DNA of 64,000 nt from NCBI GenBank assembly GCA_051294375.1, contig CM119267.1, positions 9,387,709 through 9,451,708 on the forward strand, read 5' to 3'. Under the pieces are notes generated by a model. That model was given only the letters and a program-made list of their open reading frames with translations. It was not told the DNA's origin and did no database searches. Source of the DNA: Paraspadella gotoi. Lineage: Eukaryota; Animalia; Chaetognatha. Below are positions 1 to 29,435 of this stretch, piece by piece. Position numbers and translations under genes: made by a program. Numbering within the stretch: the stretch's first letter is position 1; each line of letters begins with the position of its first letter.

Positions 1-2136
1 GTCTTCTTTTCAAGTTGCTCCATGTGCAAGATCGGCCAAATCGAGAACGGAATCATATCGAGATCTCACGTGAATAGTGAATACATTTCGTCCGAGGTGA
101 AATTTTCTCATTTTTTTTTAGCGAGCGAAAAATCTTAGTATGAAAGTTTTCCTAAAAGCCTAAGATTTTTGTCTCGATTAAAAAATAGAAAAAAAGAGAA
201 AATTTATAGACTGAAATTATTTTTTGTTTTGATTGAGCGTATATTTAATTATGTGGCCACCTTTCGCAAAAAGCGGCACTTTCGAAGCGACGATGCTCTT
301 TTCTTTTGACGCAAAACGAGAGCGCCGTTTCTCGGCCTCATTTTCGAGTATCTATTGTCCATTGTTTGCCCATAAACTCAGAAGCGAGACGGATATCCCT
401 CTCCCCATTTTCATTTCTCTTTCTCGCGAAAACACCATTCCCCACGAATATAAAAGAAAAAAAAAATCGGCGTCTTCCATTAGATTTCACTTCTGACATT
501 TTCGCCTTCCCATCGCCTTCCCATATGGTCTCGAGTTATTACGCGCGCAAACGCCTTTCCGCTCGCGTGCAACGCGATTGTAAACTCGGGAGAAGAGAAT
601 CTTTGAGCGAGGAGGGAGGGGGAGAGAGAAAGAGAGGGACAGAGTGGATAAGAAGTTAGGATGAGTGGGAGTATTTCGGCTTTGAACGAATGAATGGCGC
701 CACAAAAGTAGAAGTAGAGAATAGTAACCGAAGAGGAAAAATTGCAAAGTGCTTTGAAGTTAGACTCAAACCGAGCTAAATGGAATCAACGAAATACAAA
801 ACTTGTTCGCAATTTAAAACTTATTCACCAGAACTGGCAGAAGAAAAAGCCTAACTTTCCTCCCACAACCTCCCTCCATTACCGCCCCCTCCCCCCACCG
901 CGAGTCTATGATCTACGAGGGTCTCGAGAGTAAACTCTCTCGCTCTATCTTTCTCTCTCTCACTGAACCCGCGCGTGAATCTTAATGAGCCGCTCGATCC
1001 TAGATGGCGCGGAAACAAACGGGGAGACGCGAAGAACGCAAAAAAACAAAAGGGGGTCGCGATGGGGCGAAACCCATTTATATTCGGATTCGATATAAAG
1101 AAAAAAATAGGACCATTTTGCCTTTCTTGACGGAACGGTTTCAAAATTAATTGTATAGACTAAATAGTGTAAATATTTCAAAGCCCTTTGAAAACATACT
1201 AAAATGAACAGCGGGTGATTGCTAAAAAGTCTCGTTTTTCCAGGCGAACAAAGTTGAAAATTATGAAGCAGGGAGAAGACTAAAGCTGGGACCCAGTAGA
1301 GTAGACAAAAACAGAGAAGACAGACAGACCCAAGTGAGACAGACAAGAGGACTCGACGTATCAACATCTGCTTTTTTTTTCTCCTCTTATTTTTTCTTTC
1401 GTTTCTATCCGTTTTCTTTCCAAGCCCGAGGCAAGAGTTTGTCTCCGAAGCATCTGGTCCCCAAAATGGAAAACCACCGGCAAATGAAGAAGAAGAAAGG
1501 GAGGAAAGGGGAATAAAAAGGGAAGCGGGGATGTGCGATGGGGATTAAAAAAAAATAGGCTCACGCGGGAAAACGGCAGAATGGAAACTAGTCGAGAGAA
1601 TCGAAAAGATGAAAAAGAAGATAACGCAAGTATCAAAATAAAAAAGATAAAATACCTTAGGAGCGTTTTTCTTTTTTTTAAATTCACACAGAGAAAAAAA
1701 ATCGTTCTATCGAATTCTGATTAAAAGTAAAAGCTCTTCTCAACTTCCTTTCACCCATCGCCTAATCCATCGCCCACCGCCACTCCTACCTAAAACTACC
1801 TCCCTCAATATTCCCACCCCAGCGACGCCCGAAGGAGGAGTGATCATGGTAATTGCTAACAGAGAAACTCGATTTATTTATATCCGCAAGGTGTAACCGC
1901 GCGAGAGGCGGATTCGATTTTCATTTGCATATGCGAGAAAAATTCTCCTTCGGCTAGAGAGAGAGAGAGAATGTGGATTGCGAGCGAAGGAAATAAACGC
2001 GGAAAAAGTGAACTATGCATAATAAAATGAATATAAAAAGATAAGATAAAAGAGAATGAGGTAGAAACAAGAACAGAAACGAAGAAATCCAAGGAGGGCA
2101 TTTTAAATCGAGTTCTATTTTTGTAATCATGCTAAC

Positions 2137-13233
<11,097 letters not shown>

Positions 13234-14310
13234 GATTCACATCAACCTTTTCTCTATTCTTTGCGGCTTTGATTCAGTTTCCCCTTTTTTTTTTCTCATT
13301 GAATTTCCGATGAAATCAAATCGTGGTCGCCGGCGAAAAAAAAAAAAATTAGCATGCGCGGCGCGCGACGTCGCTAATGAAGCCGCGGGTGTTAGCAAAT
13401 CTGGATAAAAATAGAGAGAGAGATAGAGAGAGAGAGAGTGACGAAAGTGACGAAATCGGAGTGAGGTCGCGCCAAAGGACGAATGGCGCTGAGCCTTTTG
13501 TTTTTTTCTTTTTTAATGTTTAAAAAGGAGTTGACGAGCCGCGTGGAGATTTTGGGTGGATCCTGGTGAGATACTAACGACATAGAGATATTGTAACGTT
13601 ATTAACACTCTTTTACGCAATTATAATCTTAGAAAGTGAAAAACCTTTTCTGAAATATGAATAGAATCAAGATACTGTCACAGCGAGGTTGTGCAAATAT
13701 TTCTGACCAAAATAGAATGAGAGAACGGTTTAAGCCGGATAAAATTTGCATTTACCTTCGAGAGTGGAGTGCAGGAGAGAAAGACGGATTATGCATCGAT
13801 ATTTGCATCGATTTAAGGCCAGTCAGAAACAAATAATTTTACTCGCGACTACTAGAAACTACCTTTAACTAATTGGCTCACTACATATATTAAATGTTAT
13901 TTTCAAAGTCATCCGAAAATTTTTTTAAGATCATTAATTATAATAAAATTAAAAAAATGGATAAGCCAATCGTAATCTTTTTTTTTTCAATTTAATTTTT
14001 TAAAATACAGGTTGGTAAAATCGGTATAAAGTGAAAGAGAAAAATAAATTATAAAGCAAAATAAGTTATATCTAAAATTGAAAGATACTTATATTTACGA
14101 TTTACGCTTCTGAGATTTATACCGCGATTATCGATAAATTTCATTTGGCCAAAACTTTCTAGGATTTATAAATTAAAACTTTTGGTTTATAAATTCTTAG
14201 AGTTTGAAGGCTCTTTTTCCATCGACGTCTTCTTTTTGTGTGCTCTTAAAGCAACGGACTCCTACTCGCACACAAAATTATATTTATCTGCTGCTCTCTA
14301 TTGACTCTTC

Positions 14311-14500
14311 TTATTTTACTTTCTCTGACCGGGGTTTTGGCACATTTTGAAAAACAACTTAAAATTAATTATTTGAAAATAAAAAATAAAAATATTACAT
14401 AATTACCCTAACCCTTTTAACCACTCTTAATCTTAAACCACCCCTAAACCACCCTTAATACCAAACGCCCCTTAACCCTGGTCGGTGAAAATAAAATTAA
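14311..14500. mobile_element. MITE-like element with ~25-bp TIRs and internal degenerate CCCTAA repeats, copy 1
   Basis: Left end TTATTTTACTTTCTCTGACCGGGG is the imperfect inverse of right end CCCTGGTCGGTGAAAATAAAATTAA; interior CCCTAA/CCTTAA-like units. Confidence 0.65.
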
Positions 14501-14655
14501 CCCAAAATTCTGTTGCCTTTATTAGTTATTTTAATTTAATTTTGATAAAATAAGCATTTTAAATATTTTTGTTGTCACATTTTTATTTAATTATTCTTTT
14601 TAAAAAACGATGTTTGTTTTTTCTCTTTTTTTCTCAGATGGACAAAAATTATTAA

Positions 14656-14879
14656 GTCAAATTTTATTTCCGCCGACCAGGGTTTTTTGGCGTCTTTTGA
14701 AAAACCACTTGAAATTATTTTTTTTTAAATAAAGTTGAAAAAAATATTACTTGATTACCCTAACTCTAAACCCTAACCCTTAAAAAATATTACTTAATTA
14801 CCCTATCTCTAAACCCTAACCCTAAACCACCCTTAACTGTAAACCCCCCTTAACCCCGGTTGGCGAAAGTAAAATTAAC
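14656..14879. mobile_element. MITE-like element, copy 2
   Basis: AATTTTATTTCCGCCGACCAGGG ... CCCCGGTTGGCGAAAGTAAAATTAAC; interior CTAAACCCTAACCCTAAACC; collinear with 14311-14500. Confidence 0.7.
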
Positions 14880-15736
14880 GCAATTATTACTTAATTACTT
14901 AACCTTAAACCCCTTTAATGTTAAACCATTCCTAAGGCATTGTTAACATTAAAGTTAAACATATCCTAATCTCAGTAAGTAAAATTATGCCTTAAAATAA
15001 TCTACGCCTACAGCCTTCAAACTGAACCCAAAAAAAACAATAAGTAAAGAAACAATCCGAGTACATTTAGAATTTTTTTTTTTCTTTATCAACGGAATGT
15101 TGGTCGGAGATTCTCCGTCGTCGATGACGCCCTAGTCGGAAACGCCTCGCCGAAACGGAGATGGAAAGAAGGATTCGCGCGAAGGCCGCGATAGCGGGGA
15201 AAGACGCCGCAGCAGCAGCGGACGACGACACCGCGACCGCGTCTCCTCCGCAGCCGCAGCGTCGTGCGTCAGTCGCCGCGTCGGGCGTTCCGTCGTGATG
15301 GAAACAGGAACGCGCGCTCGGAAGGCGGAGAGACGGCGACTCGGGATTCGAGCGAACAAAATCGATTCGGGAGAAAAAACCGACGAACGGAGACGACAAA
15401 CTTTTTTTTTTTTTTTTTTTTTTTTGAACCAACTGAATTCGATTTGCTGGATACGCGTATTATAATTATAATGCCTAACATTTTTTTTTTTTTGGGGAGG
15501 AGGGGGAATATTTTGATTTAGACGGGAGTAAGAGAAATAAATTTTCAAATAGCTCCCACAAAGAAGCTATATTATCATACTTTTTTCAATTTAATTTCGG
15601 ATTATTACTTTTTATAGGCTTCTTTTAGCAAGAAAAAGTTAGTCTTGTTGATGAAAACTTATTTTTTAAAACACCTTTTGCCCGATTTTGATGAATCTTG
15701 CATCTATCGCTTTGGCATTTATAAATTGTGTTGTCA

Positions 15737-15832
15737 TAATTTTTCTTTCGCCGACTGGGGTTAGGGGGGACACTTTTTTTAAAAGTAATTATCATTATAA
15801 TTATTCAAAAGAAATCGCCGAAAGTAATATTT
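15737..15832. mobile_element. degenerate inverted copy of the same MITE family
   Basis: TTTTCTTTCGCCGACTGGGGTTAGGGGG matches the reverse complement of the copy-2 right end. Confidence 0.5.
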
Positions 15833-15929
15833 TACCACTTTGTTTTATTAAAACTGCAAAATTACTTGTTTCTTATATTTTTAAAATTAAGCCATTCTGC
15901 ATGATTTTTCTCGTCGTAAAAAATATAAA

Positions 15930-16022
15930 CCTTAAACCACCAAAGCCTGTCCAAAGTCAGTGGCAAGATAGCTTATTTATTAAATAAATTGATAATTTTA
16001 TATTGGTTGTACCAATTTCATA
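15930..16022 (-). repeat. dispersed repeat family, partial inverted copy
   Basis: Reverse complement of the 61200-61280 block (AATAAATAAGCTATCTTG...GACAGGC.TTGGTGGTTTAAG). Confidence 0.7.
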
Positions 16023-16313
16023 AAACATTTTTTCCGGTGCAGTGTTAATGCGGATATATTAACACTGCTCATTCATTAACAGGAATAAACTTTTAAGGAA
16101 CGAACTAATAATATCATCATTCTCAATTCTCTTAGGTCGAAAACTTTCTTCGAATCGAACGCTTAAAATTCATAACATTAGTTTTTAACCTTTAAACTAA
16201 GCTATGCTTTTTATTTATGATCCAAGTCAAAATTAATCGTAATATTTTCCAAATTTAGATATTTTTAATCTAAAAAACACGTTATAGTTTCCAAATCAAT
16301 CAATAAATATAAA

Positions 16314-18892
<2,579 letters not shown>

Positions 18893-19358
18893 TCTCTACC
18901 AATTGAATCTTGAGAGATAATCTTGGAATTTCAAATTTATTCAAATGTTTTTTATAATTGTTTCAACTACTAATGATCATTATGTGTATAAATATAATAA
19001 TTTACTTTAATAGAAAAACTTGGTAAAATTTTTATGAAGGTAAGTCTTATTTAGAAAATTGTACAATGACAAAACTTTTAAAACGAGGGAAACGATTTCA
19101 GAATTAGGATTTAAAATAATAATCTGTACAATGTACATGCTAAAACAGGTACAATCGTTTTTGAAATATTCTTTTTAATAATGAATCGCGGTTATGAATA
19201 CTTTTAAATATTAACAGGAAAGCACAATGACATCGGATATACATTTTTTTAAAAATTTTGGTCATATTTTAATAATAACACGTGACAAGATTAATCTGTT
19301 CGCGTAATACTAATTCTTAATAAAAAAACGGTGAAATAGAGAACCGACGATCGAGAGG

Positions 19359-22696
<3,338 letters not shown>

Positions 22697-24477
22697 TTTG
22701 GATCGGAAATCTCCGCCCAAAGGGGACGTGGCAGCGATTCGAATCGCGGCTGAAAAAAGAAAATATAAAATTATAAATCGAAGGTCAATTTTTAGTTGGG
22801 CCGCACGTACTCGCGGAGCAACTCTATAGGTCACTTTTCGGTTGGTCTGTCGGTCGATCGGTCGGTATGTCTGTCCGTCGGTCTGTCGATCTGTCCCACA
22901 ATTCTCTTAACTCTCCCATAGTTGGTTTCTCTTTTGTTAAGATAGGAAAAACCTCCAATCTAATTGACTGCTAGCGCCGCCTTTAAAGAAATCCTATAAC
23001 TATAAACAATAAAAGACGAGATTCCGATGCAGTGCCTATCGAACATAGTACACACAGGCTAAGAAAATCACTGCGGCGCAACATTAGAATTTCCGTTATT
23101 GTTTATGATGATGTGGATGATGACCCTTCCGTTTTTTGTTTTTTGTTTTTGTAGATTTTTTGGAAGGCCAGGTCATTTTGGAAATAAAGAGAGAGCGAGA
23201 GAGTATACGAGGGTATGTTTGCCTGAGAGAGAGGGAGAGAGAGGGCGGGCAAAAAAATCCTCTTTAGGCTTTAGCACTTAGGACGTATCTCATTAGTCGG
23301 AGCGTCGACGCTAAGATAGAAGTTACGTAACGCAGGAGGAAGCAAAATAATAGAGTATTAGTTCAAGGCTGAGATCGATAAGCGGAATGTGATCGTACAG
23401 TAAGAATTAATAAATAATAAATAATTATTCAAAAGAGTTGTTCAATGTTAAATTTTCATTCTCACTCGTCATTCAAGTGCTCACGACCAGTTAATTAAGG
23501 CACTTGATTAATTATGTACCAGGATGCGCATGGCTTTTCGTAGGCACAGTCGACGTCGTCGACGCTATTTTAACGTTGATTCCGCAAGACGATTCCTTTT
23601 TAATTAAATAATTTACAGTAAGTATAAGAATAGCAACACTAAAATAAGTGCATAATTTATTTTACAAATGATTGTAGGCGTCGTACCCTGATTACAAGTT
23701 TCATCTTACCGCCGAATCTTCATCTCAGAATCCAAGCGAAAAACTCCTCCGTCGGAGATCCGGCATATCCTCCAATATCTCGTCCAAAGTCTTTGATTCA
23801 AAGTTCGATTCTCGCGATTTCCCGTCGACGAGAGAGTCCATTTCCCGTCGCTGTTCCACGACGACGACGACGACGACGAAGACGAAGACCCCCCTCAAGT
23901 CAGTGTCGCTCCTTTTTTAAGTCCCGAAGCGGATCTGATAAAAACGTGGGTGACAATCCAGAGAAGAACCCAAATCAAAACAAAAAAACAAAAGGAGAAA
24001 AAGACCGCGAGGAATGCAAAAATTAACCGACAAGATTATTTTTTTAGTTGTACGGCGAAGCGTCTCACTGTCTTTCAATAAAACTTTGGCTAAATTTTAG
24101 CCTCGTCATCCATATTTGGATCGATCAAATTCTTACGCATCCTCTCGGACCAACGGCCGCCGCCGCCGCGGCCGCCTTCAACAAATCAGCTTTTTCGTTG
24201 ATTCCGCGAAAAAAACCCCCGAAATATCCCTTTTAAAGGTTTTTATCCGTTTAAACGCGAAACAATTGTGAATCGAGAAAACCCGAAATTTCCCCCCCCC
24301 TCTTCCACCCCCCCCCCGAGCTCCGGATTGGACTCTGACAAACAATCAATGAATTCTTATAGAATTGCAAAAATATTTAGATGACGACAAAGCGGGTCTT
24401 TTAAACCGTCGCTTCTTTCGCTCTTTTGTTTTAGTTTTATTCTGGGAAGTTTAAGTATTGAAATTAGGGATTGTTTC

Positions 24478-24478
24478 C

Positions 24479-24571
<93 letters not shown>
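24478..24571. repeat. (CT)n microsatellite
   Basis: Direct inspection. Confidence 0.95.
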
Positions 24572-24575
<4 letters not shown>

Positions 24576-25100
24576 TCGTGGCCGTGTGCAAAGATTATGC
24601 AATGACAGGGAACATCGAAAAGACTTAAATTTACAATTAAAAAAAAGATTAGAACTCATTCTTTAGAATCCGCCGTGTAGTGATGTACCAAAATGTAACA
24701 AAAAATGAATGATTATGAAGTCAATTCGCCAATAATTTTTTTTAATCATCGCGAGCCAATCATCGTCAGGGTAATGAACATCTTTTCCTCATAAATCATG
24801 AAGCGTCGTTTGACTAAAAAGGTTCGGATCCTAAATAACCCCCCTGGAGGTGAAAGGGGTTTGTGGAGAAGAAGAGTTAGGGATGGGGGGGCGAAAAGTC
24901 AGATGCCACGCCCCGTCGTCCCTCGGATAATAATTCCCCTGTCTCTCTCGCTTTGTCTCGTAAGCACAATCCCGGAACAACATTAATTGAAATCAACGAA
25001 TTTAATAAGGAATTTCTAACTTTGAGCTTGAGCTTTAAGTTTAATTTTAAGCTTTAACTTTAAGTATGAGCTTGGAAAAGCTAAGTTCTCTGCAATTCGC

Positions 25101-25370
25101 TTCAAGTCTCTGCGATTCAAGTCTCTGATTCAAGTCTCTGATTCAAGTCTCCGATTCAAGTCTCTGCGATTCAAGTCTCTGATTCAAGTCTCTGATTCAA
25201 GTCTCTGATTCAAGTCTCTGATTCAAGTCTCCGATTCAAGTCTCTGCGATTTAAGTCTCTGATTCAAGTCTCTGATTCAAGTCTCCGATTCAAGTCTCTG
25301 ATTCAAGTCTCCGATTCAAGTCTCCGATTCAAGTCTCTGATTCAAGTCTCCGATTCAAGTCTCTGCGATT
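25101..25370. repeat. 13-bp minisatellite GATTCAAGTCTC(T/C), about 20 copies with 15-bp variants
   Basis: Contiguous units GATTCAAGTCTCT, GATTCAAGTCTCC and GATTCAAGTCTCTGC with no spacers. Confidence 0.95.
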
Positions 25371-26474
25371 CTCGAAATCAAGAAGATCAAGAATCCAAAA
25401 GATTCGGCGATCTCTTCGTCGTCCAGAACACGGACGCGTGACCTCCGCCATCGTTCGTAAGAATATTCGATGGACGGACCGACCGAGCCAGGATCCTGTA
25501 GCTCATTTCTGTAACTTCCGTCCCTCTCACTCCTCATCTCCTCATCCTCCACTCCCGTTCTCCTCCCTCCTCCCTCCACCACCAAACTCCCTTTCGTTTC
25601 CGGGAAAATAAAAAAAAAATAAAAAAAAGAATTTCATTTTGTGGTTTTTTTTTTTTTTTATTTATAAAAATCCTCGTTAACTTTATATTCTTTTCCGCGA
25701 ATTGAGGATGACCCTAAAATCGGAAGGATTATTCGAACTTTGGGGGTGAGGAAAGACAATCGAGAGAGGACGACCCAAATAAAAATTGAGGTGAGGGTGA
25801 GGGACCCGGAGTTGGGTGGTGACTGCCCCGCCTCACCTCTCCCTCCCCCCCCAAAGTAAAACCGGACAGCGATTGAGGTAAGTCGGGTTGAGGGAGAGCG
25901 TTGAAGGGGTGGGGGTCGAGTAAAGGTAAGGAGTGGTTTGGGATCGACCGCGTGGGAGCGAACCGGTGATGGATTTTTTTTTGGGGGGGGGTTCGACGGT
26001 AAATCGACGACCGGAGTCAACCTCGTGGCCGGAGATTATATTACTGTGATACAAAAAAAAAAAAACAAAAGCCACTCGACCTAAAAAAAAAAAACTTTAT
26101 TAATACTGATCATAAAAAAAAGGGCAGTTGTCTGAAAAATTTTATCACCCTCTTTTTTATACCATTTTCTCTCTCCTCTTTTGACTGGGTGATGGGAGAT
26201 CGTAAAGCAGCCGTTTCCCTTTTCGTTGCTCCGATGATGATGTACCTTGCTTCGTTTCGTTCCCCCCCTCTACATCACTAGCGCCCCGAGTTTTACTCCA
26301 GCACTACATCAACCCAAGATTTTTGCCTCCTCTTTCTCTAAGTTCTTCTTTAATTTTCTTTGATATCATTCCCTGCCCTCTTTATCAACCAAACTACCTT
26401 TTTGCATTTTCATTAAAATGAGCGCAAACTTATTATCAAATTATCGCAATATATATGCATTAAAACTCGCCTAT

Positions 26475-29435
26475 TGAAGAGATAGTAATTATTATTATGT
26501 GTTAATGACAGAACCGTTCAATATAAGCAGTCCCTGAGCTTCGGATCAGGCTGTAACACCGAGTTACAGGCGGGTTAAGCGCCCCGTCCCTCTTAACTGC
26601 CAGACGACCACCGGGCTAGAACCCCGGATCTTTGGGTTGGGAGGCGAATGACTTGCCTCCGGCACCAATGGCCGCTGATGAACGGTTGGTGGATTTTAGT
26701 CCACCATACATCCCCCCCTCCCGTAGGGAGAAGTCTGTTGCGTCTCTTCAGTGAATTGTTGTTGTTGGTGGAAAGTTCGTCACCAAGTTGAGGCATGTCG
26801 CCTGATGTGTAAGGGGCAGAAAGTGCATCGCCAGGTTGAGGCATGTCGCCTGAAAGTGTTGTTGTTGCTGTTGTTAGTGTATCAAGGATGGATTCGATTT
26901 TTAAAAACGTTTACACAAGTGATCACACACATATATACTTTAATTTAAAACACTTTTATTCGATTTGAAATTCTCAACATGAGAGATCCCGGTCGATTTT
27001 ATCTGGCTCCTAAATTATGCAAAATTAGCTTAAGATCGAAGTTGTCAGATAACGATGACGCTCTTATTCGCGTAATTTTAAACATTTTTATTATTGTAAT
27101 ATTATAAATAATTAAATATTAAAGTTTTTAGATATATGTTTATTAAAATATAAATAGTTTATAGTATTTATACTAATATAAATAAGATAAAATGGCATTT
27201 AAACGAAGAGCTCGAATGCTTTTCCTACCAAATGAGGAAATTCGAACAGATTTTTTTGCATAAAATATAAAATTAACTATTTTGCTTTGCTTAAAATCCT
27301 TATTACATAAAATAAACTTTTATAAATGTATAATTCGATCGTTTAATTTACCGTTATATGTGCTTTAATAAATAGGTAAATCCGAGAAAACATGATAACT
27401 AAGATAAAAATAACCAATAAAAGTAAAATATTAAATAAAAAATAATAATATTAAATATATCAAAAATATAATTAAACAATAATTAATAAATAATGTAAAA
27501 TAATAGTATTATAATTATAATAATTTTTTTTTCTTTTAAAACAGGAAATTTTACATTTTTAGAGCACAAGCTTGGAAAGCAGGGCAATTTTAGTGATTAG
27601 TCTAATCTTACTCCATGTACTCATAATAACCACTTTTACATTAAACTGATAATCATAATAATTGAAAAATATTTTTTCTCTTCAACTAAACAAAAATTTA
27701 AAAAAGTCTAAAAATTAAAAGCTAAAAACTGAAAGTTAAAAGTCAATCAATTCGATAAATTCTCAGTATATACATATAGATAAGTGAAAAGGATCCATTC
27801 AATATCAGAATCAATGATTTAAGTTTATATGTTTGAATGATCAGTAGAAAATTAAATTACTGTCTAATAAACGTTACTAAATTTGAATAGTAAATATTTT
27901 GTAACTATTATAAATAAAAGTATTTCATTCAAAGTAAACAGAGAACACTTGAGAAGGAAACTTAACTTCCAAGATTTTAAAGAATTGCTTTGTTTTTATA
28001 TGTTTTTAAATCAAAACTCGTATATGTAGATAGTCCAAACGTGTCAATTAATTATAAAATTAATCAAAGCTTGTCTGTAAACATTGATAGATGGCTTTAT
28101 TAATTCTTCAATCAACAATATTGAAAAGTCAATAAACAAATTTTGATTAAAAACTCAAAAAACAATATGATAATATTTTAATTGTTAACAAAAACGATGA
28201 AAACTATGAATTAGTCCGAAAATATGCATTTTTTATGTAAAAAAATTATGGCCTTATTGTTAACCATTAAAAAGTTATTATTTCGTCTGTAATGTGGTAT
28301 TCCTTTCGTTTCATTGTGTTTTGGTGTTTAGCGTCTGTAAATCAGACAACAAAAATAGACGAAATAATACAATTACTAAAAACTCAAAAAAACATCCGAG
28401 ATAATTTTTTATAATTGGAAAAAAAGGTTGCCTATGGATGCTCAAACCCTCATACATTCTGAAATTATTAAAAATGAAACTATAGTACATAGGAAAAGGG
28501 CTTTTTATAATTGTAATATAATAATAGTTTAGAGAAGAGGGGATAAAATTGTAATCAAATCATATCCGTTAAAGCATTTGTTTATGTATAAACTTTGTCA
28601 TTGTTAAAAAAATATAATTTCTTTTCATAAATATTAATATTATATTTATTATTATTTATCATTTGACTATATAAGATTGGATTTTATATTAATTTTTCTT
28701 CAAAAATAAGTTCAGACTGAATTTCAGTAAAGCAAAACAAAAAATAGCGATTAATTTCTAAACTGTTTTCCTATAAAAACAGAAAAAAACTATTAAAAAT
28801 TACAACCTGCAGCTACTAAAAACTAATAAAATTATTAAGAATTATGAAATTATTAATAAAACATAGAAAATATCATTAATAAGACTATGTTATTAAAAAA
28901 AATAAAACTCATCGTCCAGATTTCACAAGGAAAAGATGCTTTTTATGAAAAATTCGCAAATATCCGCCAGGTTCGCTAGTATCGTTTGTTCTTTTTAGAC
29001 CGGCTTGACCGTCTTTAACATGAAAAAGATACGAAATGACGTATTCGATCTCGGGATCTCTCATGTTCGATGCATTAAAGTTAAATATTTTTATACGAAA
29101 TTAATTTATTTATTCGTCTGATTAAGTGTGCGAACGTTTTTAATGAAACTCGATGTCTTGTATATTTCAACTTTTGGGACTACTGTTGTGTTCGAAGTCG
29201 GGCTCACCAATGAAGAGATAGTATTTTATTATGTGGTTAATGAAGAACGTTCAATATAAGCAGTCCCTGAGCTTCGGATCAGCTGTACACGAGTTACAGG
29301 CGGTTAACGCGCCCGTCCCTCTTAAACTGCCAGACGACCACGGGCTAGAACCCGGATCTTTGGGTTGGGAGGCGAATGACTTGCCTCCGGCACAATGGCC
29401 GCTGATGAACGGTTGGTGGATTTTAGTCCACCATA
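26475..29435 (-). mobile_element. non-autonomous LTR retrotransposon (TRIM) with tRNA-like sequence in both LTRs
   Basis: Direct repeats 29211-29435 (5' LTR) and 26475-26710 (3' LTR; minus strand reads TGTATGG...CTCTTCA). PBS TGGTGAGCCCGAC at 29197-29209, 1 nt inside the 5' LTR. PPT GGGAGGGGGGGA at 26711-26722. CTAT on both flanks (26471-26474, 29436-29439). B-box-like GGTTCTAGCCC in the LTR. Confidence 0.85.
26976..29067. mobile_element. AT-rich non-autonomous TIR DNA element nested in the TRIM
   Basis: Terminal inverted repeat AACATGAGAGATCCCG(GTCGA) / (TCGATCT)CGGGATCTCTCATGTT bounding 2.1 kb of very AT-rich DNA with no ORF in the track. Confidence 0.65.

Noticed and set aside
14400-14860. 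True telomere or chromosome-fusion scar
   Set aside because: The repeats are short, degenerate and enclosed by TIRs of a repeated element.
15067-15548. Protein-coding gene between CMAS and NANS
   Set aside because: The overlapping low-complexity ORFs occur in several frames and run through poly-T/poly-A tracts. The region is more likely a GC-rich promoter or 5' UTR, though a small gene is not excluded.
25101-25370. CRISPR-like array
   Set aside because: The units are contiguous 13-15-bp repeats with no unique spacers, the context is eukaryotic, and there are no cas genes.
29342-29402. Functional tRNA gene or two independent SINE copies
   Set aside because: The cloverleaf is degenerate, and the sequence lies within paired repeats with PBS, PPT and TSD, so it is better explained as LTR content.
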